Shown one piece after another: positions 18,322 through 27,345 of a stretch of DNA of 64,000 nt. The stretch lies in the NCBI GenBank assembly GCA_934096105.1, contig CAKOLH010000003.1, positions 1,721-65,720 of the forward strand. The letters are read 5' to 3'. Positions within the stretch are counted from its first letter, which is position 1; each line of letters opens with the position of its first letter. The position numbers and the translations under genes are program-made. Under the pieces are notes generated by a model. It was given only the letters and a program-made list of their open reading frames with translations, was not told the DNA's origin and did not search any database. The stretch comes from an uncultured Bacilli bacterium. GTDB lineage: Bacteria > Bacillota_I > Bacilli_A > RF39 > UBA660.

Positions 18322-20304
18322 ATGAAAATGTCAAAATTAAACAAGAAAAAAATTAAAGATAAATTTATGAAAGTGAAAAGCGACTATTTATTAGTGGTTT
18401 CTTTTATCATAACCAACTTAATAAATGGCCTTATATTAAGGGGAGTAACAGTAAAAAACGTATTTAGTTTACCACCATTATTTATAGATTTAGGATTATT
18501 AATACTTATCTCTTTAGTGTCATTAGCATTTAAAAGAAGAAACAGAATAAAATATTTTATGACAATGTCCGTAATATTAACACTGGTATGCTTAATAAAT
18601 AGCATATATTATCATTACTATAGTTCATTTGCTTCGGTAGCATTACTATCTAATCTCGTATATGCCAAAGATGTTGGAAATGCAATATTTGAAAATGTAT
18701 TAAAACCAGTGGACCTAATATATATTTGGTGCCCAGTAGCATTTTACCTTTCTTACTATTTCTTAAACAAAAAGAAGTATTTTAGTAAAGAAATAAAAGC
18801 AAATAAAAAGCTAGTAACATCATCTGTTATTGCAACATTATCATTTTGGGCTTTAGCCACAATAATTATGCCACTTAGTGCATGGGGCAGTTTCTATAAG
18901 TTGTGGAATAGAGAATCCGTTGTAATAAATTATGGAATATATATATATCAAATAGATGATATAATACAGAGTATATCTCCACGAATAAATTCGGCATTCG
19001 GCCATGATAAAGCATTAAAACAAACAAAAGATTATTATGAAGAAAACAAATATAAAAAAGTAGAAAATGAATATACAAACATTTTTGAAGGTAAAAATGT
19101 TATAGTAATACATGCTGAAAGTATGCAAGAGTTTACTATGGAATTATCATTTAACAATAAAGAAGTAACTCCAAATTTAAATAGATTAAGTAAAGAAGGT
19201 ATATTCTTTAGTAACTTTTATTCACAAGTCGGTGTTGGCACAAGTTCGGATTCAGAATTCACGTTTAATACTTCTCTTATGCCATCAACCAAGGGAACAG
19301 TATTTGTAAACTTCTTTGATAGAGAGTATATCTCAATACCAAAGTTATTAAAAGAGAAAGGCTATTACACATATAGTATGCACGCCAATACTGGAGAGTT
19401 CTGGAATAGAAACATCATGCATCAAAGTTTAGGGTATGATAAATTTTATAGCAAAGATTCATATGTTATAGATGAGACAATAGGTCTTGGCTTATCAGAT
19501 AAGTCATTCTTTAGTCAATCAGTGGGCATTATGAAAGAAATAAAGACAAATGAAGGAACCCCATCTTATGCAACATTAATAATGCTGTCTAATCATACCC
19601 CATTTAGTGATTTAGAATTAATGCCAGAGTATCCAACAACGATTGATGTAGAGCTAGATAATCAAACAATAACAAGAGAATATTTAAATGGTACTAAGTT
19701 GGGTAATTATATAAGATCGGTACACTATGCAGATGAAGCTATAGGAGAATTTATAAATAAACTTGATAGTGAAGGATTACTTGATAATACAGTTTTAGTA
19801 ATATATGGTGACCATGATGCTAGAATGGATAAAGAAGAGTTCAATTTACTTTATAATTACGATCCAATTAATGATAGAGTAAAAAAAGAAACAGATGAAG
19901 GATATATATCCTTTAGTGACTATAATTATGAATTAAATAGAAAAGTACCATTTATAATTTGGACAAAAGATAAAGAATTTAATAACACAGTTAATACCCC
20001 TATGGGAATGATAGATGTACTTCCTACATTAGGAAATATGCTTGGAATACATAGTGATTATCAACTTGGTAATGATATTTTTAATCTAAAAGACAACATA
20101 GTAACATTTATAGATGGTTCATATCTAACATCGAATATATATTATAGTGCTCCAAAAGGAGAAATATATCCAATAAGTAATGAACCTATAACAGAAAAAT
20201 ACATACAAAATGGAATAAAACATTCATCAGATTTAATAGATATATCAAATGATATAATTTCTTATGACTTAATAAAAGAATTAAAAGAGGAAAAAAATAA
20301 CTAG
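18322..20304 (+). CDS. ltaS: lipoteichoic acid synthase family protein (LtaS-type sulfatase)
   Basis: Five N-terminal TM segments followed by an extracellular sulfatase domain (HAESMQ.., SNHTPF, GDHD). The start is uncertain (TTG 18280 in the track, or ATG 18322). Confidence 0.85.
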   Translation: MKMSKLNKKKIKDKFMKVKSDYLLVVSFIITNLINGLILRGVTVKNVFSLPPLFIDLGLLILISLVSLAFKRRNRIKYFMTMSVILTLVCLINSIYYHYYSSFASVALLSNLVYAKDVGNAIFENVLKPVDLIYIWCPVAFYLSYYFLNKKKYFSKEIKANKKLVTSSVIATLSFWALATIIMPLSAWGSFYKLWNRESVVINYGIYIYQIDDIIQSISPRINSAFGHDKALKQTKDYYEENKYKKVENEYTNIFEGKNVIVIHAESMQEFTMELSFNNKEVTPNLNRLSKEGIFFSNFYSQVGVGTSSDSEFTFNTSLMPSTKGTVFVNFFDREYISIPKLLKEKGYYTYSMHANTGEFWNRNIMHQSLGYDKFYSKDSYVIDETIGLGLSDKSFFSQSVGIMKEIKTNEGTPSYATLIMLSNHTPFSDLELMPEYPTTIDVELDNQTITREYLNGTKLGNYIRSVHYADEAIGEFINKLDSEGLLDNTVLVIYGDHDARMDKEEFNLLYNYDPINDRVKKETDEGYISFSDYNYELNRKVPFIIWTKDKEFNNTVNTPMGMIDVLPTLGNMLGIHSDYQLGNDIFNLKDNIVTFIDGSYLTSNIYYSAPKGEIYPISNEPITEKYIQNGIKHSSDLIDISNDIISYDLIKELKEEKNN

Positions 20305-20310
20305 AAAGAA

Positions 20311-21042
20311 GTGGAAGAAATGATTAAGTTTGTAATTTGTGAAGATAGTGATGAAGCATTAGAAACTGCTAGCAAATATGTAGTAAAAGCATTAATGAAT
20401 TATGATATTGAATATAAAATATTAAAATTTAATGAGTATAATAATAAGTTTAAAAAGGTAATGAATGATGATACTGATATAAAGATATATATTCTAGATA
20501 TAGAATTACCAACAATAAGTGGGTTAGAAATAGCATCTGAAATAAGAGAGATAGATGATGAAAGTACAATAATATTTGTTACTGCCCATTCAGAATGTAA
20601 AAATGATATATTCTATTCACGACTTGGTGCAATAGATTTTATATCAAAATATAATAGATATGAAGAAAGACTTGCTGAAACAATAATTTATGTAATAGAC
20701 AATATGTATAAGAAAAAAGTATTAAGCTTTACATATAATCAAGTTCAAACAAAACTTAGATATAAAGAAATAAACTTTATAGAGAAAGCAACATCTCAGA
20801 ATAAATGTATAATACACGAAGTAAGTGGAGAGCAAAAATATATAACCACATCTATAATAAAACTAAAAAGTAAATTAAAGCCAATGTTCTATCAAACTCA
20901 TAAGTCATGCCTTGTTAACTTAGATAATGTTAGAGAAGTAGACTATTCAACATCCACAATATATTTTAAAAATGGAGAGACAACAAATCTAATTTCACCA
21001 GCATCAAGAAAGGGATTGAAGAAATATGTTGGAGAGTTTTAA
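20311..21042 (+). CDS. agrA: LytTR-family response regulator (AgrA-like)
   Basis: REC domain (ILDIELP) plus a C-terminal LytTR domain (..HKSCLVNLDNV..). The stop overlaps the kinase gene start. Confidence 0.75.
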   Translation: MEEMIKFVICEDSDEALETASKYVVKALMNYDIEYKILKFNEYNNKFKKVMNDDTDIKIYILDIELPTISGLEIASEIREIDDESTIIFVTAHSECKNDIFYSRLGAIDFISKYNRYEERLAETIIYVIDNMYKKKVLSFTYNQVQTKLRYKEINFIEKATSQNKCIIHEVSGEQKYITTSIIKLKSKLKPMFYQTHKSCLVNLDNVREVDYSTSTIYFKNGETTNLISPASRKGLKKYVGEF

Positions 21043-22342
21043 ACTATTATTAAGTAGTACATTATTAATATTAACCATTTACATTTTTGGAAGAATAATT
21101 ATAGTAAATCGTAGACATAAAAAAATAATAATAGACATATTAATATTATTAGGCTTTATATTGTTAAATATTCTTGTATTTAAATACACAAAAGGTACAA
21201 TAAAAACCATAACTACATGTTTTCTATATGCATTACTATTGTTTTCACTATTTAAGATCAAATTAAGCAAATCAATCTTCACTTCAATAGTTTATATAAT
21301 TATGTCTGTTATACCAGATTTAATAGTAACACTTGGAGTAATATTAATTGTTGGAAAAGAATATTTTTATGAAAAACTTGCTGGTAGCATGTTAAGTAAT
21401 ATATTAGTTTGTGTATTAATTATAGTTATAACAGTTATTTTGAAGAAATTACTAAGAAAACTGATAAATTACAAATTATCTGAGAGCAAAAAAATTGTTG
21501 TTATATCAATATTAGCAATTATTTTTACTGCCACATTCTTTTATAAGTTTGCAACGGGTTATAAATTAAATCAAAATGTATTATTATATTTGATTGCTAT
21601 GTTTGCTTTTATAATTATACTATTTACATTATTTAAACAAAGGATGGATAATGAAAATGTATCTAAAAAGTATGATGAACTACTTGATGTAATGAAAAAT
21701 TATGAAAATGATATTGAAGAACAAAGAACATTAAGACATGAAACTAAAAATGAGTTTGCAACAATTAAATGTAAGATACAAGATAAAGAAGATGATAAGT
21801 CTATAATTGAATATATAGATAGTGTCATTGGTGATAAATGCAAAGCCAGTAGTACAAAATATTCTAAATTTAAGTATTTGCCATCAAATGGTTTAAAAGG
21901 CTTCTTCTATTATAAATTTATCGAAGCTGAAAAGAAGGAAATAAATGTATCAGTAAACATATCTAAGCAAATTGAAAATTCGTTTCTAAAAGATATTGAT
22001 ACCAAAGATTTTAAAGATTTAGTCAGAATTATTGGTGTTTACTTAGATAATGCTATTGAAGCTAGTTCTTCATCAAAAGATAAAAAACTTGGAATAGAAA
22101 TGTATTTAATTAAAGAAAAGATAGAAATAATTATTACAAATACTTTTAATAATGAAATTAATCTAGATAAATTAGGTAAAGAATCATTTAGTACTAAAGG
22201 CAAAAATAGAGGACATGGATTATTATTAGTAAAGAAAATATTAAGCGAAAATGATATATTTGAAGCTAAAAATGAAGTAAGAGGTAATATTTATATTCAA
22301 ACTTTAAAAATAAATAATAATAAAAAGAATTATGATGAATAG
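21026..22342 (+). CDS. agrC: AgrC-type (HPK10) sensor histidine kinase
   Basis: Six or seven TM segments, H-box TLRHETKNEF, N-box LDNAIEA and G-box NRGHGLLL. Confidence 0.75.
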   Translation: MLESFKLLLSSTLLILTIYIFGRIIIVNRRHKKIIIDILILLGFILLNILVFKYTKGTIKTITTCFLYALLLFSLFKIKLSKSIFTSIVYIIMSVIPDLIVTLGVILIVGKEYFYEKLAGSMLSNILVCVLIIVITVILKKLLRKLINYKLSESKKIVVISILAIIFTATFFYKFATGYKLNQNVLLYLIAMFAFIIILFTLFKQRMDNENVSKKYDELLDVMKNYENDIEEQRTLRHETKNEFATIKCKIQDKEDDKSIIEYIDSVIGDKCKASSTKYSKFKYLPSNGLKGFFYYKFIEAEKKEINVSVNISKQIENSFLKDIDTKDFKDLVRIIGVYLDNAIEASSSSKDKKLGIEMYLIKEKIEIIITNTFNNEINLDKLGKESFSTKGKNRGHGLLLVKKILSENDIFEAKNEVRGNIYIQTLKINNNKKNYDE

Positions 22343-22370
22343 TCATAGTTCTTTTCATAAGTTGTAAATG

Positions 22371-22484
22371 CTATTTGATTAAAGACTTTGGCATTTTAGG
22401 CTCATCAGCAAGCCATATCCAACAAGCTTTAGAACCAGTTGAAGCAGCTAAAGAACCAATCCAAGATAAAAATGATGCAAACAT
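22371..22484 (-). CDS. agrD: autoinducing peptide precursor AgrD (37 aa)
   Basis: Not in ORF track. SD taaggaggt lies 7 nt upstream. The peptide MFASFLSWIGSLAASTGSKACWIWLADEPKMPKSLIK has an amphipathic leader, then Cys plus 4 residues (CWIWL), then an acidic EP-x-x-PK tail as in clostridial AgrD. It lies 35 nt downstream of agrB. Confidence 0.8.
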   Translation of the reverse strand: MFASFLSWIGSLAASTGSKACWIWLADEPKMPKSLIK

Positions 22485-22519
22485 AATACTACATACCTCC
22501 TTATTTATATTTTTCCATA

Positions 22520-23128
22520 TTAACTATAAGACTCATTATATGTTTTATAGTTGTTATATGGTAAATGAAACATCCTATAAGTTAATGGATGTATCATTAA
22601 CATTGAATCCAAAAGCCCCAAACTTAAAGCAGTACTAATATTACTATCTTTTAATACAATAATCATTATTAAGAATATTGAACTATTAATAACTGTTATA
22701 ATCTTATAAATTTTTCTTTTTTTTACATTAACTAAAGGTCTTTTATATGTATCAGCAGGAGCATAAATAACTAGAAATATATAAGATATAGCTCCAATAA
22801 ATGCTTTAACATAAAAACTAATATTTACATATTTAAATAGCAGTGCTCCACCAATGAAGAGAGTAATTGATATTATGTAGCATTGCCAACTTTCTTTAGC
22901 ATGCATGCCAAATGCAGTGGTTCTGATAACATTATATAGTATCATAATGATTATCATTTCTTTAAATACTTTCAGAAGCAAAGCAATCAAAGAAATAACA
23001 ATAGTTTTAGTAATCATAATATATAGAGATTCCAGACCATATTCTATAATTTCAAGTCTATCATCATCATAATTAGGATATTTAATTTTGATAGACTTTA
23101 TGGTATTTTCTAAAAATTTCTTTCTCAT
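22520..23128 (-). CDS. agrB: AgrB-family AgrD-processing membrane peptidase
   Basis: 202-aa polytopic ORF. The N-terminal region with the ..TTAFGMHA.. (His) context is typical of AgrB, and it lies immediately upstream of agrD. Confidence 0.8.
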   Translation of the reverse strand: MRKKFLENTIKSIKIKYPNYDDDRLEIIEYGLESLYIMITKTIVISLIALLLKVFKEMIIIMILYNVIRTTAFGMHAKESWQCYIISITLFIGGALLFKYVNISFYVKAFIGAISYIFLVIYAPADTYKRPLVNVKKRKIYKIITVINSSIFLIMIIVLKDSNISTALSLGLLDSMLMIHPLTYRMFHLPYNNYKTYNESYS

Positions 23129-23342
23129 ACCTTATCACGCTTTAATTATATCATTCTATTATTATTAATCTTTTAATAAATAGTTTACACTTTTAAAGGA
23201 TAACGAAACATATAATTTGGTTAACAACCAGTTAATCAAATTTTGATGTCAGAAAGACAAAACTTATGAAAATAAAAATCTAGCATAATACTTGTTATAA
23301 ATAAAAAAAAATAGTATAATGTAATAGAGGTGAAAAGATAAA

Positions 23343-23657
23343 ATGGACACATGGCAATATATAGTAATAGTGGCAATTCTATTAATAATTGCACTAGCTA
23401 TAGTTAAAATGAATAAGAAAGATGTTAAATTAGAGTTTAATAAATTAGTAGATTTACTTGGAGGAAAAGACAATATCTTAGATACTGAAGTTGATATGTC
23501 AAGATTTAAAGTAACTCTAAAAGATATAACAAAAGCTAATAAAGAGGGTATCATTAAACTAGGAGCAAAAGGCGTTGTGGAAATAGATGATCAGCTAAAA
23601 ATAATTTTAGGAACTGATGCCAAAAAGATAAAAAAATATATTGATGAATTAAAATAA
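23343..23657 (+). CDS. membrane-anchored PTS EIIB(Glc)-like domain protein, apparently lacking the phospho-Cys
   Basis: N-terminal TM, then LLGGKDNILDTEVDMSRFKVTLKD. This resembles the EIIB GGxxNI...CxTRLR motif, but no Cys is present anywhere in the domain. Confidence 0.5.
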   Translation: MDTWQYIVIVAILLIIALAIVKMNKKDVKLEFNKLVDLLGGKDNILDTEVDMSRFKVTLKDITKANKEGIIKLGAKGVVEIDDQLKIILGTDAKKIKKYIDELK

Positions 23658-23689
23658 AGAGCAAATTTTTACAAAAAGCTCTTTTTTTT
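23656..23689 (+). terminator. intrinsic terminator
   Basis: aaagagc ... gctcttt stem followed by T8. Confidence 0.65.
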
Positions 23690-23696
23690 GACATTA

Positions 23697-23713
23697 TTCG
23701 ACAAAATTCGACA
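23697..23713 (+). promoter_or_regulatory. two tandem Spo0A boxes (TTCGACA = reverse complement of TGTCGAA)
   Basis: ttcgaca at 23697-23703 and 23707-23713, a 10-bp period, placed 12-28 nt upstream of a tgtataat -10 element (23723-23730). Confidence 0.6.
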
Positions 23714-23751
23714 AAAATAAAATGTATAATCTTTTTAGAGAGAAGGATATT

Positions 23752-24987
23752 ATGAACATAGAAATTTTTGAAGATATAATTTTAAATACAGTATTAATTG
23801 TTTTTCCAATATTAGTGTACCTAGTTTTAGTCTGTTATAAAAATGATATTAATAAAAATTATAATAATTTATTACTAAGCATAGCACTAATTAGTTCACT
23901 CTACTTGTGTCTTAGATTTGGAATAATAGATGGAAATAGTAAGGTACTATTGTTTTGCAACATACCAATAGTAATAGCATTAATGAAAAAGAAACCATTA
24001 CTAGCGATTCTTTTGGCATTAGCAAATATTTTATATTGTTTCTTTTTATATAAAAACATTTATTTAATAGTAACTATAAAGTACATAACTTATTTTATAT
24101 TATATATGTGCGCACAGAAAAGAAAACTAAGTACAGAAAGTTTTATTCTTTCAATTGCGGTTCTTCAAGGTTTCTTTTTGTCTTTTGAATACTTTTTTAA
24201 AGATTTAAATTTAACACTAAATAGTTTTGTAGAATTAATAACATTAGTATTTATATATTATTTTATTTCGTTTGCAATTCTATATATATTCAAAATAATA
24301 GAAAAAGTAAGAGAGTTAAACAAATCGATAGAACTATTAGAAAAGGATAAAATAATAAAAGAATCACTATTTAAATTAACGCATGAAATAAAAAATCCCC
24401 TTGCAGTTATCAAAGGCTACCTAGATATGTTCAATATAGATAATAAAGAAAAGTCATTAAAATATTTAAATATTATACGTGAAGAAGCCAATCGTAGTTT
24501 AAATATAATAACAGACTTCCTGGAATTTAATAAAATCAAAATAGTTAAAACTGAAATAGATTTAAATCTTCTTCTTGAAGATGTTTATGATTCATTCAAA
24601 ATAATTTTAAACAAGAAAAATATTAAATTAATTTATAATGATAGAGAAGATGAAGAAATATATTTTGAAGGAGATTATGAAAGATTAAAACAAGTATTAA
24701 TAAATGTATTAAAAAATAGTGTTGAAGCAATAGAGGGTAAAGGAAAAGTAGAAATATCAAGTAATATTTATAAAAAACACATTGACATTATTGTTGAAGA
24801 TGATGGCGTAGGAATGAGCGAAGAAACTCTAAAGCAAATAAAATCAATGTTTTTCACCACAAAATCAAATGGCAGTGGTCTTGGAGTATGCTTATCTAAT
24901 GAAATAGTAAAAGCTCATAATGGCGAGTTAATATATACATCAAAAGAGGGAGTAGGAACAAAAGTAACAATAAGATTACCAAAATAG
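23752..24987 (+). CDS. orphan membrane sensor histidine kinase (sporulation-kinase-like)
   Basis: Multi-TM N-domain, H-box LTHEIKNPLAVIKGY, N-box NVLKNSVEA, G1 DDGVGM and G2 GSGLGV. I prefer the ATG at 23752 (SD gaagga) because the track start at 23722 lies in the -10 element. Confidence 0.85.
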   Translation: MNIEIFEDIILNTVLIVFPILVYLVLVCYKNDINKNYNNLLLSIALISSLYLCLRFGIIDGNSKVLLFCNIPIVIALMKKKPLLAILLALANILYCFFLYKNIYLIVTIKYITYFILYMCAQKRKLSTESFILSIAVLQGFFLSFEYFFKDLNLTLNSFVELITLVFIYYFISFAILYIFKIIEKVRELNKSIELLEKDKIIKESLFKLTHEIKNPLAVIKGYLDMFNIDNKEKSLKYLNIIREEANRSLNIITDFLEFNKIKIVKTEIDLNLLLEDVYDSFKIILNKKNIKLIYNDREDEEIYFEGDYERLKQVLINVLKNSVEAIEGKGKVEISSNIYKKHIDIIVEDDGVGMSEETLKQIKSMFFTTKSNGSGLGVCLSNEIVKAHNGELIYTSKEGVGTKVTIRLPK

Positions 24988-25051
24988 TAATCTTTTTACT
25001 TTAATTAATAGCTAATATTTGGTATAATATATATCTAGAGGAGAATGAACT

Positions 25052-25315
25052 ATGGAAGATATATTTATAAAAAATTTACCATTTATTGATTTACATGGTT
25101 ATGATATAGAGTCAGCTAGAGTAGCAACAAATGATTTTATTAATGATAATATAATACTAAGAAATAAAAAAATACTAATAATACATGGAAAGGGAAAAGG
25201 ACTAGTTAAGTCCTCAGTACATGAGACACTCTCTAAAAGAAAAGAAGTATCAAGGTATTATACTGATGGACTAAATGATGGCTGCACAATAGTACATCTA
25301 AATATTGACAACTAG
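25052..25315 (+). CDS. Smr-domain protein
   Basis: IDLHGY...IIHGKGKGLVK...GCTIVHL pattern of Smr/MutS2 C-terminal domains. Confidence 0.75.
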   Translation: MEDIFIKNLPFIDLHGYDIESARVATNDFINDNIILRNKKILIIHGKGKGLVKSSVHETLSKRKEVSRYYTDGLNDGCTIVHLNIDN

Positions 25316-25360
25316 CTAGTCGTATGCTATAATAGGAAGCAATTTTAGGGAAGGTATTGT

Positions 25361-25480
25361 ATGCTTGACAATAAGATTATTAAACTAGTAAAAGAAATAA
25401 GCACGCTAGCACGGCAAATAGTACTGATAATCATTCTCATAATAATATTTTTAATTATATTATTCATTGAAGCAATATAA
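25361..25480 (+). CDS. 39-aa single-TM peptide
   Basis: Not in ORF track. MLDNKIIKLVKEISTLARQIVLIIILIIIFLIILFIEAI, with a weak SD gggaagg. It ends 21 nt before the next gene. Confidence 0.35.
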   Translation: MLDNKIIKLVKEISTLARQIVLIIILIIIFLIILFIEAI

Positions 25481-25501
25481 TTCCAAAGGGAGGTTTTAGT
25501 T

Positions 25502-26638
25502 ATGGAAGATGAAAAGAAAATAAATTGGTTAAGTCTATTTATTAAAATTGTAATAGCATTTGCTTTTATATTAATAATTGTTTGGTTAGTATCAAAGCTA
25601 ATAAATAGAAATAAGTTATCTGATACATTTAAAAACAATATCAATAATATGGAAACAGTAGCAGTTAAATATTTTAAAGATGTAGATTTACCTATTAAAC
25701 AAGGAGAGAGTATTAAAATAACACTTGGTGAAATGATAGAAAAAGAATTAATCGTATCTGTTAAAACAAGTGAAGGTGGAAAATGCGATACCCAAAATAG
25801 TTATTCGAAAATCACTAGAAAGAAAGACAACTATGAAGTAGAAACACGATTAGAGTGTGGTAAAGAGAAAAATACTATTACCAGAAAGTTCAGCTTTAAA
25901 GATTGCAAAAATTGCACTACTGATACTAAAAACAATGATACTAAGAATAATGATACAAAAAATAATAATACAAATAGTAATAATAGTAATAGTAATACAA
26001 GTACTGGAGTTACCTACTATGAATATGTAAAAGAATGGACAACATATACTAAGTGGATGAAAGGTAATAAGACAGGAGATAATATTGAAAATAAATATGA
26101 ATACTATGGTACTGATGAAAAAACATATTACTCATTAGGAATAATAAATAAAAAAGATATCAAAGATAATACCATTGAATATAGATTAAAATTAAATAAT
26201 GTACCAAATAGTAAATATTATTTCACTACTATTAAAGAATCGTCTTATTATAATGATGAAAAAGAATTTACTACTGATAAGAATGTATCAATGGTAAAAG
26301 AAAGTAATTTAACTATAGATAATATTGGAGAATATTCATTAAAAGAAAATAACTTTACTTATAAGTTAACACCATATTACTATAAAGGAAACTTCTACGT
26401 AAATGTAAAAATAAATATAAAATCACTAGAGGGCATTAAAACTATTAAAGATAAGTACTTAGTTCCAATTAAAGTTAATGTAAAGTTTAATTCAGGAGAC
26501 ATAGTAACAACTAAGCCTGAAGGAAGTTACGATACAATTGCTTATTATAGATATATTCAAAAAAACAGAGATGTAATTTGGTCAGCAGATAATTATGTTG
26601 AAGGGTATACTAAAACAGGAAATACTAAAGTACAATAA
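25502..26638 (+). CDS. membrane-anchored hypothetical protein with Asn/Thr-rich repeat linker
   Basis: 378 aa with SD gggagg, an N-terminal TM, paired Cys residues and a TDTKNNDTKNNDTKNNNTNSNNSNSN linker. No recognisable family. Confidence 0.6.
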   Translation: MEDEKKINWLSLFIKIVIAFAFILIIVWLVSKLINRNKLSDTFKNNINNMETVAVKYFKDVDLPIKQGESIKITLGEMIEKELIVSVKTSEGGKCDTQNSYSKITRKKDNYEVETRLECGKEKNTITRKFSFKDCKNCTTDTKNNDTKNNDTKNNNTNSNNSNSNTSTGVTYYEYVKEWTTYTKWMKGNKTGDNIENKYEYYGTDEKTYYSLGIINKKDIKDNTIEYRLKLNNVPNSKYYFTTIKESSYYNDEKEFTTDKNVSMVKESNLTIDNIGEYSLKENNFTYKLTPYYYKGNFYVNVKINIKSLEGIKTIKDKYLVPIKVNVKFNSGDIVTTKPEGSYDTIAYYRYIQKNRDVIWSADNYVEGYTKTGNTKVQ

Positions 26639-26649
26639 AAAAGTTAGCA

Positions 26650-27231
26650 TTAGCTAGCTTTTTTTAATATCTTGTCAACAATACCATAATTTAGTGCTTC
26701 ATCGCTATCCATAAAATAATCTCTTTCTGTATCATTGTCAATAATATCGATATCTTTACCAGTGTTATCAGAAAGAATCTTATTAAGTTTTTTCTTTAAT
26801 TTTAATATTCTTTCAGCAGCTATTTTAATTTCAGTTGCCTGTCCTTGCGCTCCTCCCAGAGGCTGATGAATCATAACTTCTGCATTAGGAAGAATATATC
26901 TCTTACCTTTTTCTCCCGAAGATAATAGAAATGCCGCCATTGAAGCTGCCATTCCCACACATATTGTGGATACATCACTTTTAATAAAGTTCATTGTATC
27001 ATATATAGCCATACCTGCTGTAATAACCCCACCAGGAGAATTAATATATAGACTAATATCATCATTATTCAAACTATCCAAATATAGTAGTTGTGCCACC
27101 ACTACATTAGAGCTATTATCAGTAATTTCACCATTTAATATAATAATTCTATCTTTAAGTAATCTAGAATAGATATCATAAGCCCTTTCTCCCATTTCAT
27201 TCTTTTCAATAATAGTTGGAACTAAGTTCAT
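26650..27231 (-). CDS. clpP: ATP-dependent Clp protease proteolytic subunit
   Basis: MNLVPTIIE.., catalytic GMAASMAA and HQPLGG. I prefer the ATG at 27231 (SD aggtga) over the GTG at 27240. Confidence 0.95.
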   Translation of the reverse strand: MNLVPTIIEKNEMGERAYDIYSRLLKDRIIILNGEITDNSSNVVVAQLLYLDSLNNDDISLYINSPGGVITAGMAIYDTMNFIKSDVSTICVGMAASMAAFLLSSGEKGKRYILPNAEVMIHQPLGGAQGQATEIKIAAERILKLKKKLNKILSDNTGKDIDIIDNDTERDYFMDSDEALNYGIVDKILKKAS

Positions 27232-27345
27232 ATTTATCACCTACAAATAGTATAATATATAATGTAGGTTAATATACCAAAAAAAGTATGACAAAAAATG
27301 CACTTATATGGTATAATTAAATTATAAGATAGAAGGAGGAAGTAC

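Noticed and set aside
22375-22638. 87-aa + strand ORF in the track
   Set aside because: It runs antisense across agrD and the agrB 3' end, has no SD and shows odd composition. It is displaced by the well-supported agrD call.
23129-23342. LytTR (AgrA) binding boxes upstream of agrB
   Set aside because: Only weak candidates are present. On the minus strand, TTAAAAG repeats at a 20-bp period near the -35. Further upstream there is an overlapping tggttaacaaccagttaat motif with the wrong spacing. Neither matches the 9-bp/12-bp-spacer consensus well enough to call.
25921-25995. Tandem 15-nt repeats (gatactaaRaaYaat) as a possible regulatory or CRISPR-like repeat
   Set aside because: They are in frame inside the 25502-26638 CDS and encode a TDTKNN low-complexity linker. 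There is no spacer structure.
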